A stretch of 64,000 bases of DNA from Patescibacteria group bacterium. Lineage in GTDB: Bacteria > Patescibacteriota > Minisyncoccia > Phycocordibacterales > GCA-2747955. The position numbers were made by a program, and so were the translations under genes. The stretch is from NCBI GenBank assembly GCA_048538215.1, contig JBLYPV010000001.1, positions 397,499 through 461,498 of the forward strand, read 5' to 3'. The stretch's first letter is position 1, and every line of letters starts with the position of its first letter. Positions 1-9,666 of this stretch are shown piece by piece. The notes under the pieces were generated by a model. The model searched no databases. It saw only the letters and a list, made by a program, of their open reading frames with translations, and had not been told where the DNA came from.

Positions 1-2
1 AG

Positions 3-755
3 ATGCGCTTTGATCTCACAGAAGGATTCCCCGCTGTAACAAGCAAGAAACTTGCTTTCAAATCGGTGCTATCTGAATTGCTATGGTTTATCGAAGGCTC
101 TGGTGATGAGCGTCGGCTCTGTGAAATTCTGTATGGCTCTCGTGACGCTTCGAAACGCACTATTTGGACTGATAATGCCCAAGCCCCCTATTGGCTCGAC
201 CGAGGACTGGCACAATTTGAAGGAGATCTGGGGCGAGTATACGGTGTCCAGTGGCGTAATTGGACCAATAGTGATGGTGAAGTATTTGACCAGCTCAAAG
301 AGGTGATCGAGCGGATAAAAAAAGATCCTCACGACCGACGGCTTATTGTATCCGCCTGGAATCCAGGTGAGTTGCACAAGATGGCCCTTCCTCCCTGCCA
401 CCGTGATTTTCAATTCTATGTAGCAAATGGTGAGATTTCACTCCATATGAACCAGCGTTCTTGTGATATGTTTTTGGGAGTACCTTTCAATATTGCAAGC
501 TACTCAATGCTTCTTGCTATGATCGCTCAAGTAACAGGGCTTCGTGCTAAGGAAGCAGTCTTTACCTTTAATGATGCGCATATTTATCATAATCATTTCG
601 ATGCAGTACAACAACAACTCGAGCGCAGCCCCGGCGCCCTACCCACTCTCTGGGTAAACCCAGAGATACAAAGTATCGATGACTTTACTATGGATGATAT
701 TAAGCTCGAAAATTATACACCCCAAGAAACTATCAAAGCACCGATGGCTGTATAA
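3..755 (+). CDS. thyA: thymidylate synthase (5' end probably lies outside the window)
   Basis: Motifs MALPPCH (catalytic Cys), QRSCDMFLGVPFNIASY, DAHIYHNH and C-terminal IKAPMAV. Confidence 0.97.
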   Translation: MRFDLTEGFPAVTSKKLAFKSVLSELLWFIEGSGDERRLCEILYGSRDASKRTIWTDNAQAPYWLDRGLAQFEGDLGRVYGVQWRNWTNSDGEVFDQLKEVIERIKKDPHDRRLIVSAWNPGELHKMALPPCHRDFQFYVANGEISLHMNQRSCDMFLGVPFNIASYSMLLAMIAQVTGLRAKEAVFTFNDAHIYHNHFDAVQQQLERSPGALPTLWVNPEIQSIDDFTMDDIKLENYTPQETIKAPMAV

Positions 756-784
756 GATACGCTCTATGATATAATCCTCATATT

Positions 785-1453
785 ATGGCACTATCAGACA
801 AGCAAATCTTGAAAGAAAAGAAAAAAGGTGACGTGGTGATTACTCCCTTTAATCGAGAAAATCTTAATACCTCAAGCTACGATGTGACTCTCGGAGAATA
901 TTTTTTCCGCGAGAAAACACACGATGGTATCCATCCTATCTACAACATCTATGATAAATCCCACACCGATCGAGTATGGGGCACCCGGGCCGAGCGTGCT
1001 TTGCAAGCTAAACAAGTATTTAAAGGCGTGGACTTTGACTATGTAGGCATTAAGCCTTCCGACCGGGTGATTCTTATGCAACCAGGCGAGACTATTTTGG
1101 CACATACCAGAGAATTTATTGGTGGCAAACACCATATTACTACCCAAATGCAAGCGCGCTCAACACTTGGACGAAACTTTATCGAGGTATGTAAATGTGC
1201 TGGCTGGGGAGACGTGGGCTATATCAATCGTTGGACTATGGAGATTACTAATAATTCTCGCTCACAGGTGATCCCCTTGGTAGTAGGGCGACGAGTAGCT
1301 CAGATTGTATTCCTGGAAACTGGTGAGATTCTTGATACTGATTACTCCAAAAGTGGTAAATATCAAACAAGTAATGACTTGGCTGTTCTCAAAAAGCAGT
1401 GGAAGCCAGAAGATATGCTACCCAAGGCCTATAAAGATCGGGATATTAAGTAA
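785..1453 (+). CDS. dcd: dCTP deaminase
   Basis: LSDKQI start, SSYDVTLG, ARSTLGR, GWGDVGY..RWTMEITN and RVAQIVF motifs; adjacent to thyA. Confidence 0.88.
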   Translation: MALSDKQILKEKKKGDVVITPFNRENLNTSSYDVTLGEYFFREKTHDGIHPIYNIYDKSHTDRVWGTRAERALQAKQVFKGVDFDYVGIKPSDRVILMQPGETILAHTREFIGGKHHITTQMQARSTLGRNFIEVCKCAGWGDVGYINRWTMEITNNSRSQVIPLVVGRRVAQIVFLETGEILDTDYSKSGKYQTSNDLAVLKKQWKPEDMLPKAYKDRDIK

Positions 1454-1472
1454 GAGCGCAGTTTTTCAGCTT

Positions 1473-1495
1473 ACTTAGGGACCCGGTCCCTAAGT
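1473..1495. repeat. perfect intergenic palindrome, possibly REP-like
   Basis: ACTTAGGGACC-C-GGTCCCTAAGT has 11-bp arms and no U-tract; a second hairpin ATAGTCTCTT...AAGAGACTAT follows. Confidence 0.5.
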
Positions 1496-1573
1496 GGATA
1501 GTCTCTTCTTCTTCAAAACAAGAGACTATGCATTTAATTATGTACACGGTGTTGTGGTGCTATACTAAATACT

Positions 1574-1966
1574 ATGAAAAAAGAATTGGAGCAGTTATTG
1601 GAATTTCATCAGTCGTTTGGCGCCTACTGGCAAACAGAGGCCAATATTGATATTCCTGATGAGATTCGCCAAGTGCGTAAAACGCTAATTAGCGAAGAAG
1701 CAAAAGAGGTGTGTGAGGCCATTGATAACGAGCCACTAGAGAACATTGCTAAAGAATTGGCTGATTTACTATATGTGACATACGGAGCAATTATTAATTA
1801 TGGATTACAAGATAAAATAGAAGAAATATTTGCTGAGGTACACCGCAGTAATATGTCGAAGCTCGGTGAAGATGGTAAACCAGTGTTGCGCGAGGATGGT
1901 AAGGTGCTTAAAGGCCCCCATTATTCACCTGCAGATGTTAGATCTATATTGGAATCAAACAATTAG
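1574..1966 (+). CDS. MazG-like all-alpha NTP pyrophosphohydrolase (dUTPase-like)
   Basis: EEAKE...KELADLLYVTYG and EVHRSNMSK...REDGKVLKG motifs; dTMP synthesis context. Confidence 0.88.
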   Translation: MKKELEQLLEFHQSFGAYWQTEANIDIPDEIRQVRKTLISEEAKEVCEAIDNEPLENIAKELADLLYVTYGAIINYGLQDKIEEIFAEVHRSNMSKLGEDGKPVLREDGKVLKGPHYSPADVRSILESNN

Positions 1967-2038
1967 CTAGGTATTTGGCAGTCTTTCATATAAGTTTCGT
2001 ATAAAAAAATGAAAGAGCTACCCAGTAGACTCACGACG

Positions 2039-2071
2039 AATAAAAAAACGAGCAGATGCTCGTTTTTTATT
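2039..2071. terminator. bidirectional intrinsic terminator
   Basis: A-tract, CGAGCA-GA-TGCTCG stem, T-tract, located between convergent genes. Confidence 0.8.
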
Positions 2072-2080
2072 ACTTTTGTA

Positions 2081-2500
2081 TTACTTGATCTCTATTCCCA
2101 TACTCTTGCACGACCCCTCTATTACCTTTACTGCCTCATCTATTGAATGACAATTTAAATCAGGTATTTTTTTCTCGGCAATCTCTCGAGCTTGATCCAT
2201 AGTAATCGAGCCCACACGCTTGCTACTTGCTTTGGGTGATCCTGATTTGATTCCTGCTGCTTTTTTGATTAAGTGAGTGGTAGGAGTAGTCTTGTATGTG
2301 ACTTTAAAACTCCGATCATCAAAAACATTAATAAGCACGGAGATCGGCTCTCCCATTTTATCTTTTGTAGCTTCATTGAATTGATTGGTGAATTCACCAA
2401 TATTAATTCCCGCTGACCCCAAAATGGGCCCAATTGGTGGAGCAGGAGTGGCTTGCCCTCCTGGAGCTACGAGTCGTACTTTTTTGATAATTTCTGCCAT
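2081..2500 (-). CDS. rplK: 50S ribosomal protein L11
   Basis: ATPAPPIGPILG, FNEAT and IEGSCKSMGIEI motifs; follows secE-nusG. Confidence 0.98.
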   Translation of the reverse strand: MAEIIKKVRLVAPGGQATPAPPIGPILGSAGINIGEFTNQFNEATKDKMGEPISVLINVFDDRSFKVTYKTTPTTHLIKKAAGIKSGSPKASSKRVGSITMDQAREIAEKKIPDLNCHSIDEAVKVIEGSCKSMGIEIK

Positions 2501-2788
2501 AGTGTGATATTTAGTGCGCTTGAAGCTTTGCGCCTATTACTAAATGTGCGTAACAGTGCGAGTATTCTACCCTAGAATACAAAAATATCAAATTTATCCG
2601 CAGACTCAAAATCGTGTCACGAAAATTAAATTTTCCAATATATATATATATCGGAAGGATATATATTACGCTATTTTAGGTGTGCGGGATTGCCCAATAC
2701 ATAGACCTAGGATAATGGCAATAGACAAGCGCGTCGGGAGACGCGCTTGTTATTTTAATTTTTGGTTTTAATTTGTATACAATTCAAC

Positions 2789-3340
2789 CTAGATTGATTG
2801 TACTTGTAGAGAATCAAGCTCTACTTCTGTTTCTCGACCAAACATTGATACTGATACTTTTACCTTTCCTGTAATCGGATCAAAGCTTGTGATACTTCCC
2901 TCGGTATCTTTGAAAGGCCCATCAACAATAATTATCGGCTCGCCTTGGGTGAAGACTGATTCGTGTCTGGAGGTATCTTGCTTCATACGATTTACTATAT
3001 CGAGCATCTCTTTGTCGGTCACCGGTACTGGATTGACGCCCGTACCTACAAAGCCCGTTACTCGTGGAGTATTTCGCACGACATACCATGATTTGTCATC
3101 GACCACCATATCTACAAGGATGTAGCCGGGGAATACTTTTTCATCCTCCTCTACCCGCTTTCCTCCTTTGATTTTAATTGTCTTTTCGGTGGGAACAATG
3201 GCATCAAAAATTTTCTCTGTCATCCCCATTGATTCTGCCCGCTGTAGCAAATTACGCACAACAGCATCTTCGTATCCTGCGTAGGTATGAATAGCATACC
3301 AATTACGCATACCCCCTGTGTCTTGTTTTTGTGCTGACAT
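2789..3340 (-). CDS. nusG: transcription termination/antitermination factor NusG
   Basis: WYAIHTYAGYE, FPGYILV, VRNTPRVTGFVG and KOW motif DGPFKD; start reassigned to MSAQKQ, just after the secE stop. Confidence 0.97.
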   Translation of the reverse strand: MSAQKQDTGGMRNWYAIHTYAGYEDAVVRNLLQRAESMGMTEKIFDAIVPTEKTIKIKGGKRVEEDEKVFPGYILVDMVVDDKSWYVVRNTPRVTGFVGTGVNPVPVTDKEMLDIVNRMKQDTSRHESVFTQGEPIIIVDGPFKDTEGSITSFDPITGKVKVSVSMFGRETEVELDSLQVQSI

Positions 3341-3345
3341 ATATA

Positions 3346-3522
3346 TTAAATAAGAGATTGAATAATTTCGGAGAAAAAGAAGTCGAAAATTCCGAGGTAT
3401 AGAGCGGTAGCAATAGAAAGTATTACTACAATTGTTGTAAGGGTGATGGTGGTGGCTTTGCTTGGCCATCTGACATGGCGCAATTCTGCACGCACATCAC
3501 GAAGATACTGGGTAATTTGCAT
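3346..3522 (-). CDS. secE: preprotein translocase subunit SecE (58 aa, absent from the ORF track)
   Basis: Manual translation MQITQYLRDVRAELRHVRWPSKATTITLTTIVVILSIATALYLGIFDFFFSEIIQSLI contains the ELxxVxWP motif plus one TM helix, directly upstream of nusG. Confidence 0.95.
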   Translation of the reverse strand: MQITQYLRDVRAELRHVRWPSKATTITLTTIVVILSIATALYLGIFDFFFSEIIQSLI

Positions 3523-3656
3523 AAATATGTATTAACAATTCGATTAATTTTAAAAGCCCTCTGGGGGCTTAATAACTGAAATAATACTCTGAATTATGCA
3601 AAATGCAAGCCGATAGATTGTATCCTTTATTGCAGATTTTTTGAGAGGCTCTCAAA

Positions 3657-3704
3657 GTAGAATTTAGTGTCAGGTGCAAATAAATACTACCCTCTCTTGC
3701 TTGC
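3657..3704. repeat. dispersed palindromic repeat, copy 1
   Basis: ATTTAGTGTCAGGTGCAAATAAATACTACCCT recurs identically at about 21042-21073. Confidence 0.8.
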
Positions 3705-3739
3705 TTTGGTGATGTGGATATCCGTAGGTGGTGAGGTGC

Positions 3740-6700
3740 CTATTCTTTTCTACTCTTGGTAATAATGTAGGTCATAGCAAGTGCCAATACAAGCCCTGCA
3801 TACAAACCAAAAGCGGTAGAGATACTTGATTGGTTAGCTAAGACTGCTACTCCGATAAGTGCCCCAGTGGGTAAAATAAGAATAATAGCAGTATGTATTA
3901 TCCAGCTCCATACACTCTTCCATGAGCCGTAAGCAAAGCCCTCGAATCGTCGATAGAGAAGTGGAATCATCGCGAGCGTGATGAAGACGCAAAAGAATAA
4001 ACCAAAGATAATAGCGTAAGCAATAGGCGCCCAAATAGCACTAGCATAGAGCAAAGGACTTACCCCAATAATAGTGGTGAGAGTGGTGAGCAGTATAGGA
4101 CGCAGACGCATCACTGATCCTTCGATTACCACCTCGCTGATTGTCCAATCTGGATGCGTAATCCTAAGCTCATTAAATACTGATACTAAAATCAAGGAAT
4201 TATTTACCACAATCCCAAAGAGCGCTATGGTGCCGAGCATTGCAGGAAATGACAAGCTATTGCCTGAAATAAAGAGCCCAATAAGCACCCCTGCTAGGGC
4301 ATAGAACAAGACCGACATCACGATCAAGACTTGTCGCCAGCGACCAAATTGAAGTATAAGAATTGCAAACATCAAAAACAATCCAGCTATAAGCGCTACA
4401 AATATCTCTTGGAATGATTCATTTTGCTCAGCTTGCTCACCGCCAAAGCTATAGACTACCCCGTCTGATACTAAGTCATCTAAATTGTGATTAAATTCTT
4501 TGCGAAGCTCCTCTTTATTAAAGCCGGCTTCAATATCAGCAGTAATACCTACAAAGCGATTGCCGTCTTGGTGGCGAATTACCGTATTAGCTTCTTGAAG
4601 CTCGATATCAATCATACTCCCCAAGCTAATAGCTACGCCTTGTGGATTTTTTACAGAAAGAGCACGGAGCTTATCTGGAGTGATGCGATTTGTTTGAGTA
4701 TCTGTAAGCTCATCGAATGCCAAGCTATTTTTGACCATCACTCGAACATCTTCATTACTTCGAGTAATGGTAAAGACCTCTATCCCCTCGGTAGCCCCCT
4801 GAATTGCTTGAGCAATTTGAAAAATACTAATCCCAAACCGACTTGCTGCACTTCGATCTACTATAATTGCAAATCCAGCAGTATTGCCCGGTAAGGTGGT
4901 ATTAACATTGTATACCCCAGGCACTTCACGCAAGGCTTGGGCAATCCGACGAGCATCTGGAGCAAGTATTGCTGTATCTTCTGAATTAAGTGTAATATCA
5001 ATAGCAGACCCTGTAGGTGGCCCACCCCCTCCCGAAATAAGCTCAGCATATTCAAAATCTGCCCCTTCAAGTACTCTCCGCAGATCACTCAAAAGCATCT
5101 CCCCCTCTGATACAAGCTCGCTCTTGATATTGAGAATAATATTGGCATACTGCTCACCTACTTCTACATTCTCACTGTATACAGAAGTCTTACCAATGGT
5201 AGTGACAAAAGACTCCAGATAATCATACTCCTGTAATTTTTGCTCCACTTTGCTCACTGCTTCGCTTGTTTGATCAAGGGTTGTGCCACTTTCAAGCTCA
5301 ATGGCAATATAGGCAAATTCAATATCTCCTGAAGGGAAAAACTCTGTTTTTACAAGCCCAAAGCCCACGAGCGCTAAAGAGGAAAAGGCAACGAGCGTAA
5401 TACCTACCTGAAATATTCGACGGATATGCGTATGATGGAGCAAAGTATGTAAAAGACGGCGATAGTAAGCATTAAGACGCTCAAAAAAACGAGTTGCCCA
5501 TGGAGTAGTATGACTCTGCACATAGTCGCGATTCTTTAAAAAACTTGCACACAAGACAGTCACAAAGCCGAGCGAAACTACCATAGCTGAAAGTAGCACC
5601 AAAATAACAGTAAAAGGAATACTACGGATAAATTGACCTACAATCCCTGAAAGGAATAGTAGAGGGAAAAAGACTGCCACTGTGGTCATCGTGCCTGCCA
5701 AAAGTGGTAAGCCAAATTCTCGTACCGTAGCGAGCGCGGCTTCTTGCCGACGCATTCCTTCAGCCACCTTGGTATTGATACCCTCTACCACAACAATTGC
5801 AGAGTCTACCAAAATACCAATAGAGAGGATGAGAGCAAAAAGAGAAATAAAATTAATGGTATTGCCCACCATAAGAAAAGCCACGAAAGCAAGCATAAAT
5901 GAAAGCGGGATGGATAGAGCTGCAATAAATGATTCGCGCAAGCCGACAAAAATCATCAGTACAGCCAAGACAAGGAGCATGGTCTGCAAGCCACTCTTGC
6001 TTAAATTACCCAAATCACGCTTGATACTTTCGCCCATATCGAACGTCACTACCGTATCTATTCCTTGAAGGGTGCTCTTCTCTAAACTTGCAAGCGTAGT
6101 ATTAATTTCATCAGTAATCCGAGTAATGTCGCCACCACTTGTCTTGCTCACATTGATGGTGACGGCCTGCTTAATCTCTCCTTTCCCAAGCCCCACTCGT
6201 GTAAAGGTATCGCGAGGGACAAAGCCTGTTTGTACGCGAGCAACATCAGAAACGGTAACGAGCGAATCGCCACTATATGCAAGCGGTATTCGGGGGATTT
6301 CTTCTTCTGAAAGGACTCGCGAAGCTACCTCGATAGGATAAGGTATATTTGCAATCTCCAAGGACCCCCCCGGCACGCTTATACTACTATTTGAAAGGAT
6401 GTTGATTATAGAATTGTAATCAAGCTTATATTGAGCGAGCCGTCGATTATCAATAAGGACTGACACCTCTTTGTCGGGGATACCATCAACCATCACTTGG
6501 GCTACGCCATTGATAGCTTCAATTTTTTCTACCACTTCATCTACTATTTGTTCGAAGCTAAAAAGTGGTAGCGATGATACGAGCGAAACACTCAAAATTG
6601 GCTGTGATGAAAAATCAATCTTACTTACCCGTGGATCATTGCCATCGGCTGGCAAATCTGGAATTGCTTGGTCGATTGCATCCTTAAGCGCATCCACACG

Positions 6701-7012
6701 CTCATCAATATCCTCACCTTGATTGAATGATACGGTAATACTAGAAATGCCTGATCGAGATACGGAAGTGTATTCATCTATTCCTTGTACGCCATCGATT
6801 TGCTTCTCAAGTGGATCAGTCACCAGTATTTCAACATCGCTAGCAGATGCTCCAAAATACGAAGTATTGACCACAGCAATGGGCAAATCAATTTCAGGGG
6901 CGGATTCTTTGGGAATCACCATAAGCGCGTAGCTTCCTGCTACAACCACAAGCGCCATTACAAAATAAGCAAACGCACGATTATCGAGAAAAAATTTCCA
7001 AATTGATAGCAT
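3740..7012 (-). CDS. RND efflux permease (AcrB/AcrD/AcrF family)
   Basis: 1090 aa with GILVDSAIVVVE, GTMTTVAVFFPL, GIVVNNSLILV and RLRPILLTTLTTIIG motifs. Confidence 0.95.
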   Translation of the reverse strand: MLSIWKFFLDNRAFAYFVMALVVVAGSYALMVIPKESAPEIDLPIAVVNTSYFGASASDVEILVTDPLEKQIDGVQGIDEYTSVSRSGISSITVSFNQGEDIDERVDALKDAIDQAIPDLPADGNDPRVSKIDFSSQPILSVSLVSSLPLFSFEQIVDEVVEKIEAINGVAQVMVDGIPDKEVSVLIDNRRLAQYKLDYNSIINILSNSSISVPGGSLEIANIPYPIEVASRVLSEEEIPRIPLAYSGDSLVTVSDVARVQTGFVPRDTFTRVGLGKGEIKQAVTINVSKTSGGDITRITDEINTTLASLEKSTLQGIDTVVTFDMGESIKRDLGNLSKSGLQTMLLVLAVLMIFVGLRESFIAALSIPLSFMLAFVAFLMVGNTINFISLFALILSIGILVDSAIVVVEGINTKVAEGMRRQEAALATVREFGLPLLAGTMTTVAVFFPLLFLSGIVGQFIRSIPFTVILVLLSAMVVSLGFVTVLCASFLKNRDYVQSHTTPWATRFFERLNAYYRRLLHTLLHHTHIRRIFQVGITLVAFSSLALVGFGLVKTEFFPSGDIEFAYIAIELESGTTLDQTSEAVSKVEQKLQEYDYLESFVTTIGKTSVYSENVEVGEQYANIILNIKSELVSEGEMLLSDLRRVLEGADFEYAELISGGGGPPTGSAIDITLNSEDTAILAPDARRIAQALREVPGVYNVNTTLPGNTAGFAIIVDRSAASRFGISIFQIAQAIQGATEGIEVFTITRSNEDVRVMVKNSLAFDELTDTQTNRITPDKLRALSVKNPQGVAISLGSMIDIELQEANTVIRHQDGNRFVGITADIEAGFNKEELRKEFNHNLDDLVSDGVVYSFGGEQAEQNESFQEIFVALIAGLFLMFAILILQFGRWRQVLIVMSVLFYALAGVLIGLFISGNSLSFPAMLGTIALFGIVVNNSLILVSVFNELRITHPDWTISEVVIEGSVMRLRPILLTTLTTIIGVSPLLYASAIWAPIAYAIIFGLFFCVFITLAMIPLLYRRFEGFAYGSWKSVWSWIIHTAIILILPTGALIGVAVLANQSSISTAFGLYAGLVLALAMTYIITKSRKE

Positions 7013-7016
7013 AGTA

Positions 7017-8567
7017 TTATATTTCTATCTCTGCTCCATCTTCGGTGGCTCGAGCACTAGCAACAATTGTCATACCATCTTCAAGCCCCTTTGTAACTTC
7101 TACATACTCACCATAGAGATCTGCCACCTCTATTGCTTGTGCTACTGCCACTCCAGCTTCCACCCGATACACATAAGGGAGCTCATTGCGTACAAAAATC
7201 GCTGAGATGGGCACTTTGATGCTCGTGCCCAGCTCTCGCGGACTAATAGCAAGCTCTACTCCCATACCAGATATTAGATTGGCGTCCTTGTGCGTCACCA
7301 CCGCTTGTACTGCCACCTCCCCGGTAGCCGTATTGACACTTGGTGAGATAGCCGAGATCCGTGCATCATAGCGATCATTGACGCGTACGCTATCTCCAAT
7401 AGCTATACGCAAAGCATCTTGGATACTAACGCTCGTATCAATCCTCAAAGCAGACTCATTTGAAATTGTGGCGAGGTGAGTGCTGGGCCCCACAAGAGCT
7501 CCAACCCGCACATCAATATCACTAATAGTGCCCGCTACTGGAGCGCTAATGACTGTGCGATTGAAAGCTAATTGTGCTGAATTAACCCGAGCCTTGGCCT
7601 GCGCAACATCGGCGAGAGCAATAGCGAGCTCTTCACTGCTAGCTCCGTCGAGAGCATCTTTTAAATTATTTTCTGCGGTAGTGAGCGCTTCCCCTGCTTG
7701 CTTGTACGCTCCCTCAGCATTTGCCAGAGAAGAGGATTGGGTGGAGATAACTTGGGATATGGCACGCAAAATGTTTAGATATGTATCTTTGGTAGGTGCA
7801 CTCATCTTGCCATCTGAAAAAGCTTGGATGTGTGCGATGAGATCATTGACCAGCCCTTGGTACTCTGTGAGGACTGCCTTGGTATCAGTGTAGCTAGCGC
7901 TTGATTTTGCTTGCTCGAGCTTGTTTTGTAGGGCGACCCGTGAAGCATCTAGTGGATATCTATCTGAGATAGGATCTGCAAGGATTGAAAGCCGAGCATT
8001 ATATTTTGTGCCATTGATAAAAAAATGTGCGTCGAGATTGTTTTGTAATGAATCTCCCACCGTGGCAAATATTGAATCCATAGTATTTTCAAAATTTGAT
8101 TTTGCCTGATCACGATTTGCTCGAGCTGATTGAACAGCGCTTTCTAGATTGGCAATATCTACCTCCCGAGCACCATCAACGATCTGTCGGTAGCGCGCCT
8201 CGGCACTTGAAAGAGATGCTCGAGCGCTTGAGAGCTCTTGCTTTTGCGAATCATTATTAAGTACAAGTAGTGTGCGGCCAGCTTGCACGGTGCTCCCCAC
8301 CTGCACACGCACTCCCTCGATAATACCCTGGATTTCTGGATAAATATCTACCTGTGAGATCGACACTACCTCTCCGTAGCTCGTGATGGGCTCTTGCTTT
8401 GTTTCTTCTCCTATAGTGATTGTTTTTACTGCTTGGGGCGAAGTAGCATCATCTACATCTTCGTCTTCAAGCTGAGGATTATTTTTGTTGGCGAATAATA
8501 AGCCCCCGACAATAAGTACAATGACGAGCGCAAAAATTATTTTCCATATGTGTTGCTGTATATTCAT
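7017..8567 (-). CDS. RND periplasmic adaptor (HlyD/MFP family) with long coiled coil
   Basis: N-terminal TM helix, lipoyl half-motifs (GIIEGVRVQVGSTVQAG; ISAPVAGTI), coiled coil, C-terminal VEVTKGLEDG; upstream of the permease. Confidence 0.92.
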   Translation of the reverse strand: MNIQQHIWKIIFALVIVLIVGGLLFANKNNPQLEDEDVDDATSPQAVKTITIGEETKQEPITSYGEVVSISQVDIYPEIQGIIEGVRVQVGSTVQAGRTLLVLNNDSQKQELSSARASLSSAEARYRQIVDGAREVDIANLESAVQSARANRDQAKSNFENTMDSIFATVGDSLQNNLDAHFFINGTKYNARLSILADPISDRYPLDASRVALQNKLEQAKSSASYTDTKAVLTEYQGLVNDLIAHIQAFSDGKMSAPTKDTYLNILRAISQVISTQSSSLANAEGAYKQAGEALTTAENNLKDALDGASSEELAIALADVAQAKARVNSAQLAFNRTVISAPVAGTISDIDVRVGALVGPSTHLATISNESALRIDTSVSIQDALRIAIGDSVRVNDRYDARISAISPSVNTATGEVAVQAVVTHKDANLISGMGVELAISPRELGTSIKVPISAIFVRNELPYVYRVEAGVAVAQAIEVADLYGEYVEVTKGLEDGMTIVASARATEDGAEIEI

Positions 8568-8669
8568 AAGTATAAAACTACAAAATTATTGGACTATCAT
8601 AACACATTGACAAAAATAATAAAAGCTTGTTTGGATTATAAAAAGCCCCTTGGGGCTTTGTGCATGTAG

Positions 8670-8742
8670 GGTGCCTACCCGGAATCGAACCGGAATTACC
8701 AGGACCACAACCTGGTGTAATAACCGTTATACCATAGGCACC
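8670..8742 (-). tRNA. tRNA-His(GTG)
   Basis: Reverse complement folds as a cloverleaf with anticodon arm CCAGG-TTGTGGT-CCTGG, T-loop TTCGATT and G-1. Confidence 0.95.
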
Positions 8743-8814
8743 ATATTCTTTTGTGTATTATACCCTTGATGCTCTATGCTTGGTCCTGGGAGGACCACTC
8801 TGGATTACTACTTG

Positions 8815-8844
8815 GGTGTAATAACCGTTATACCATAGGCACCA
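8815..8844 (-). repeat. exact 30-bp direct copy of the tRNA-His 5' end
   Basis: GGTGTAATAACCGTTATACCATAGGCACCA is identical to 8714-8743, offset 101 bp. Confidence 0.92.
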
Positions 8845-8985
8845 TTCGATCAGAAACTTTCGTTTCGTGTCGCGTATTATAGAGTATTTTATAGCTTTTT
8901 CAATCATTTAAAAATAAAAAGATGTTTGATAAAGGTTTACAGCTACCTTATAATGCTATGTATTAGTGAACTAATAATCTCAATT

Positions 8986-9534
8986 ATGAATGATCAACCA
9001 CGAACCCCAACACATGTGCCAGAAGTGATATTTTACACCAGAGTGCGAGACGAAAGCATCGGAGGCGACAATCCATATCGGTGGCAAGAAGTGACAAGTG
9101 ATGAGCTTTTTGCTCACAAGCGAGTACTGGTCTTTGCTCTCCCGGGAGCATTCACTCCCACCTGTGACGCTATGCATTTGCCTGGATACGAAGAGCACTA
9201 CAGTGAATTTCAGCAACAAGGAATAGATGCGGTGTACTGCCTCTCGGTAAATGATGCCTTTGTTATGAATGCTTGGGGTAAAAAATTAGGAGTAGATCGA
9301 ATAGAACTAATCCCTGATGGAAATGCAGAATTTACCACAAAGATGGGCATGCTCGTGAGCAAAGAAAATCTTGGTTTTGGTATGCGATCTTGGCGATACA
9401 GTATGCTCGTAGATAACAAGGAGATTATTAAAATGTTTATTGAGGACGGCTTTGGTGACAATGTAGACAGTGATCCTTTTGAGGTAAGTGATGCAGATAC
9501 CATGCTTGCCTACCTCAATAAGGAACAAGGATAG
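8986..9534 (+). CDS. peroxiredoxin (Prx5/redoxin family)
   Basis: LPGAFTPTC, SVNDAFVMNAW and GMRSWRYSM motifs; start taken at MNDQPR. Confidence 0.93.
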   Translation: MNDQPRTPTHVPEVIFYTRVRDESIGGDNPYRWQEVTSDELFAHKRVLVFALPGAFTPTCDAMHLPGYEEHYSEFQQQGIDAVYCLSVNDAFVMNAWGKKLGVDRIELIPDGNAEFTTKMGMLVSKENLGFGMRSWRYSMLVDNKEIIKMFIEDGFGDNVDSDPFEVSDADTMLAYLNKEQG

Positions 9535-9666
9535 ACTGAGACATCTCCGTCTTTTAAGGTGAATGCTCGTAGAGCAAGAAAGTATGCCCTGGGGTGCAAC
9601 TCCCACACGTAGGCAAAGCAGTTTGCCTGCTCATTCGTACAAAAATACCCTTGCGGGTATTTATTG

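Noticed and set aside
3-1966. thyA-dcd-MazG-like cluster as a nucleotide-depletion defence system
   Set aside because: It is fully explained as an ordinary dCTP to dUMP to dTMP biosynthesis cluster.
3341-3469. N-terminal His-rich extension of NusG in the ORF track
   Set aside because: It is an out-of-frame overlap with secE; the real start is 3340.
8744-8844. Second or intron-containing tRNA-His
   Set aside because: The copy has no T arm or acceptor 3' strand, and the neighbouring gene is already complete.
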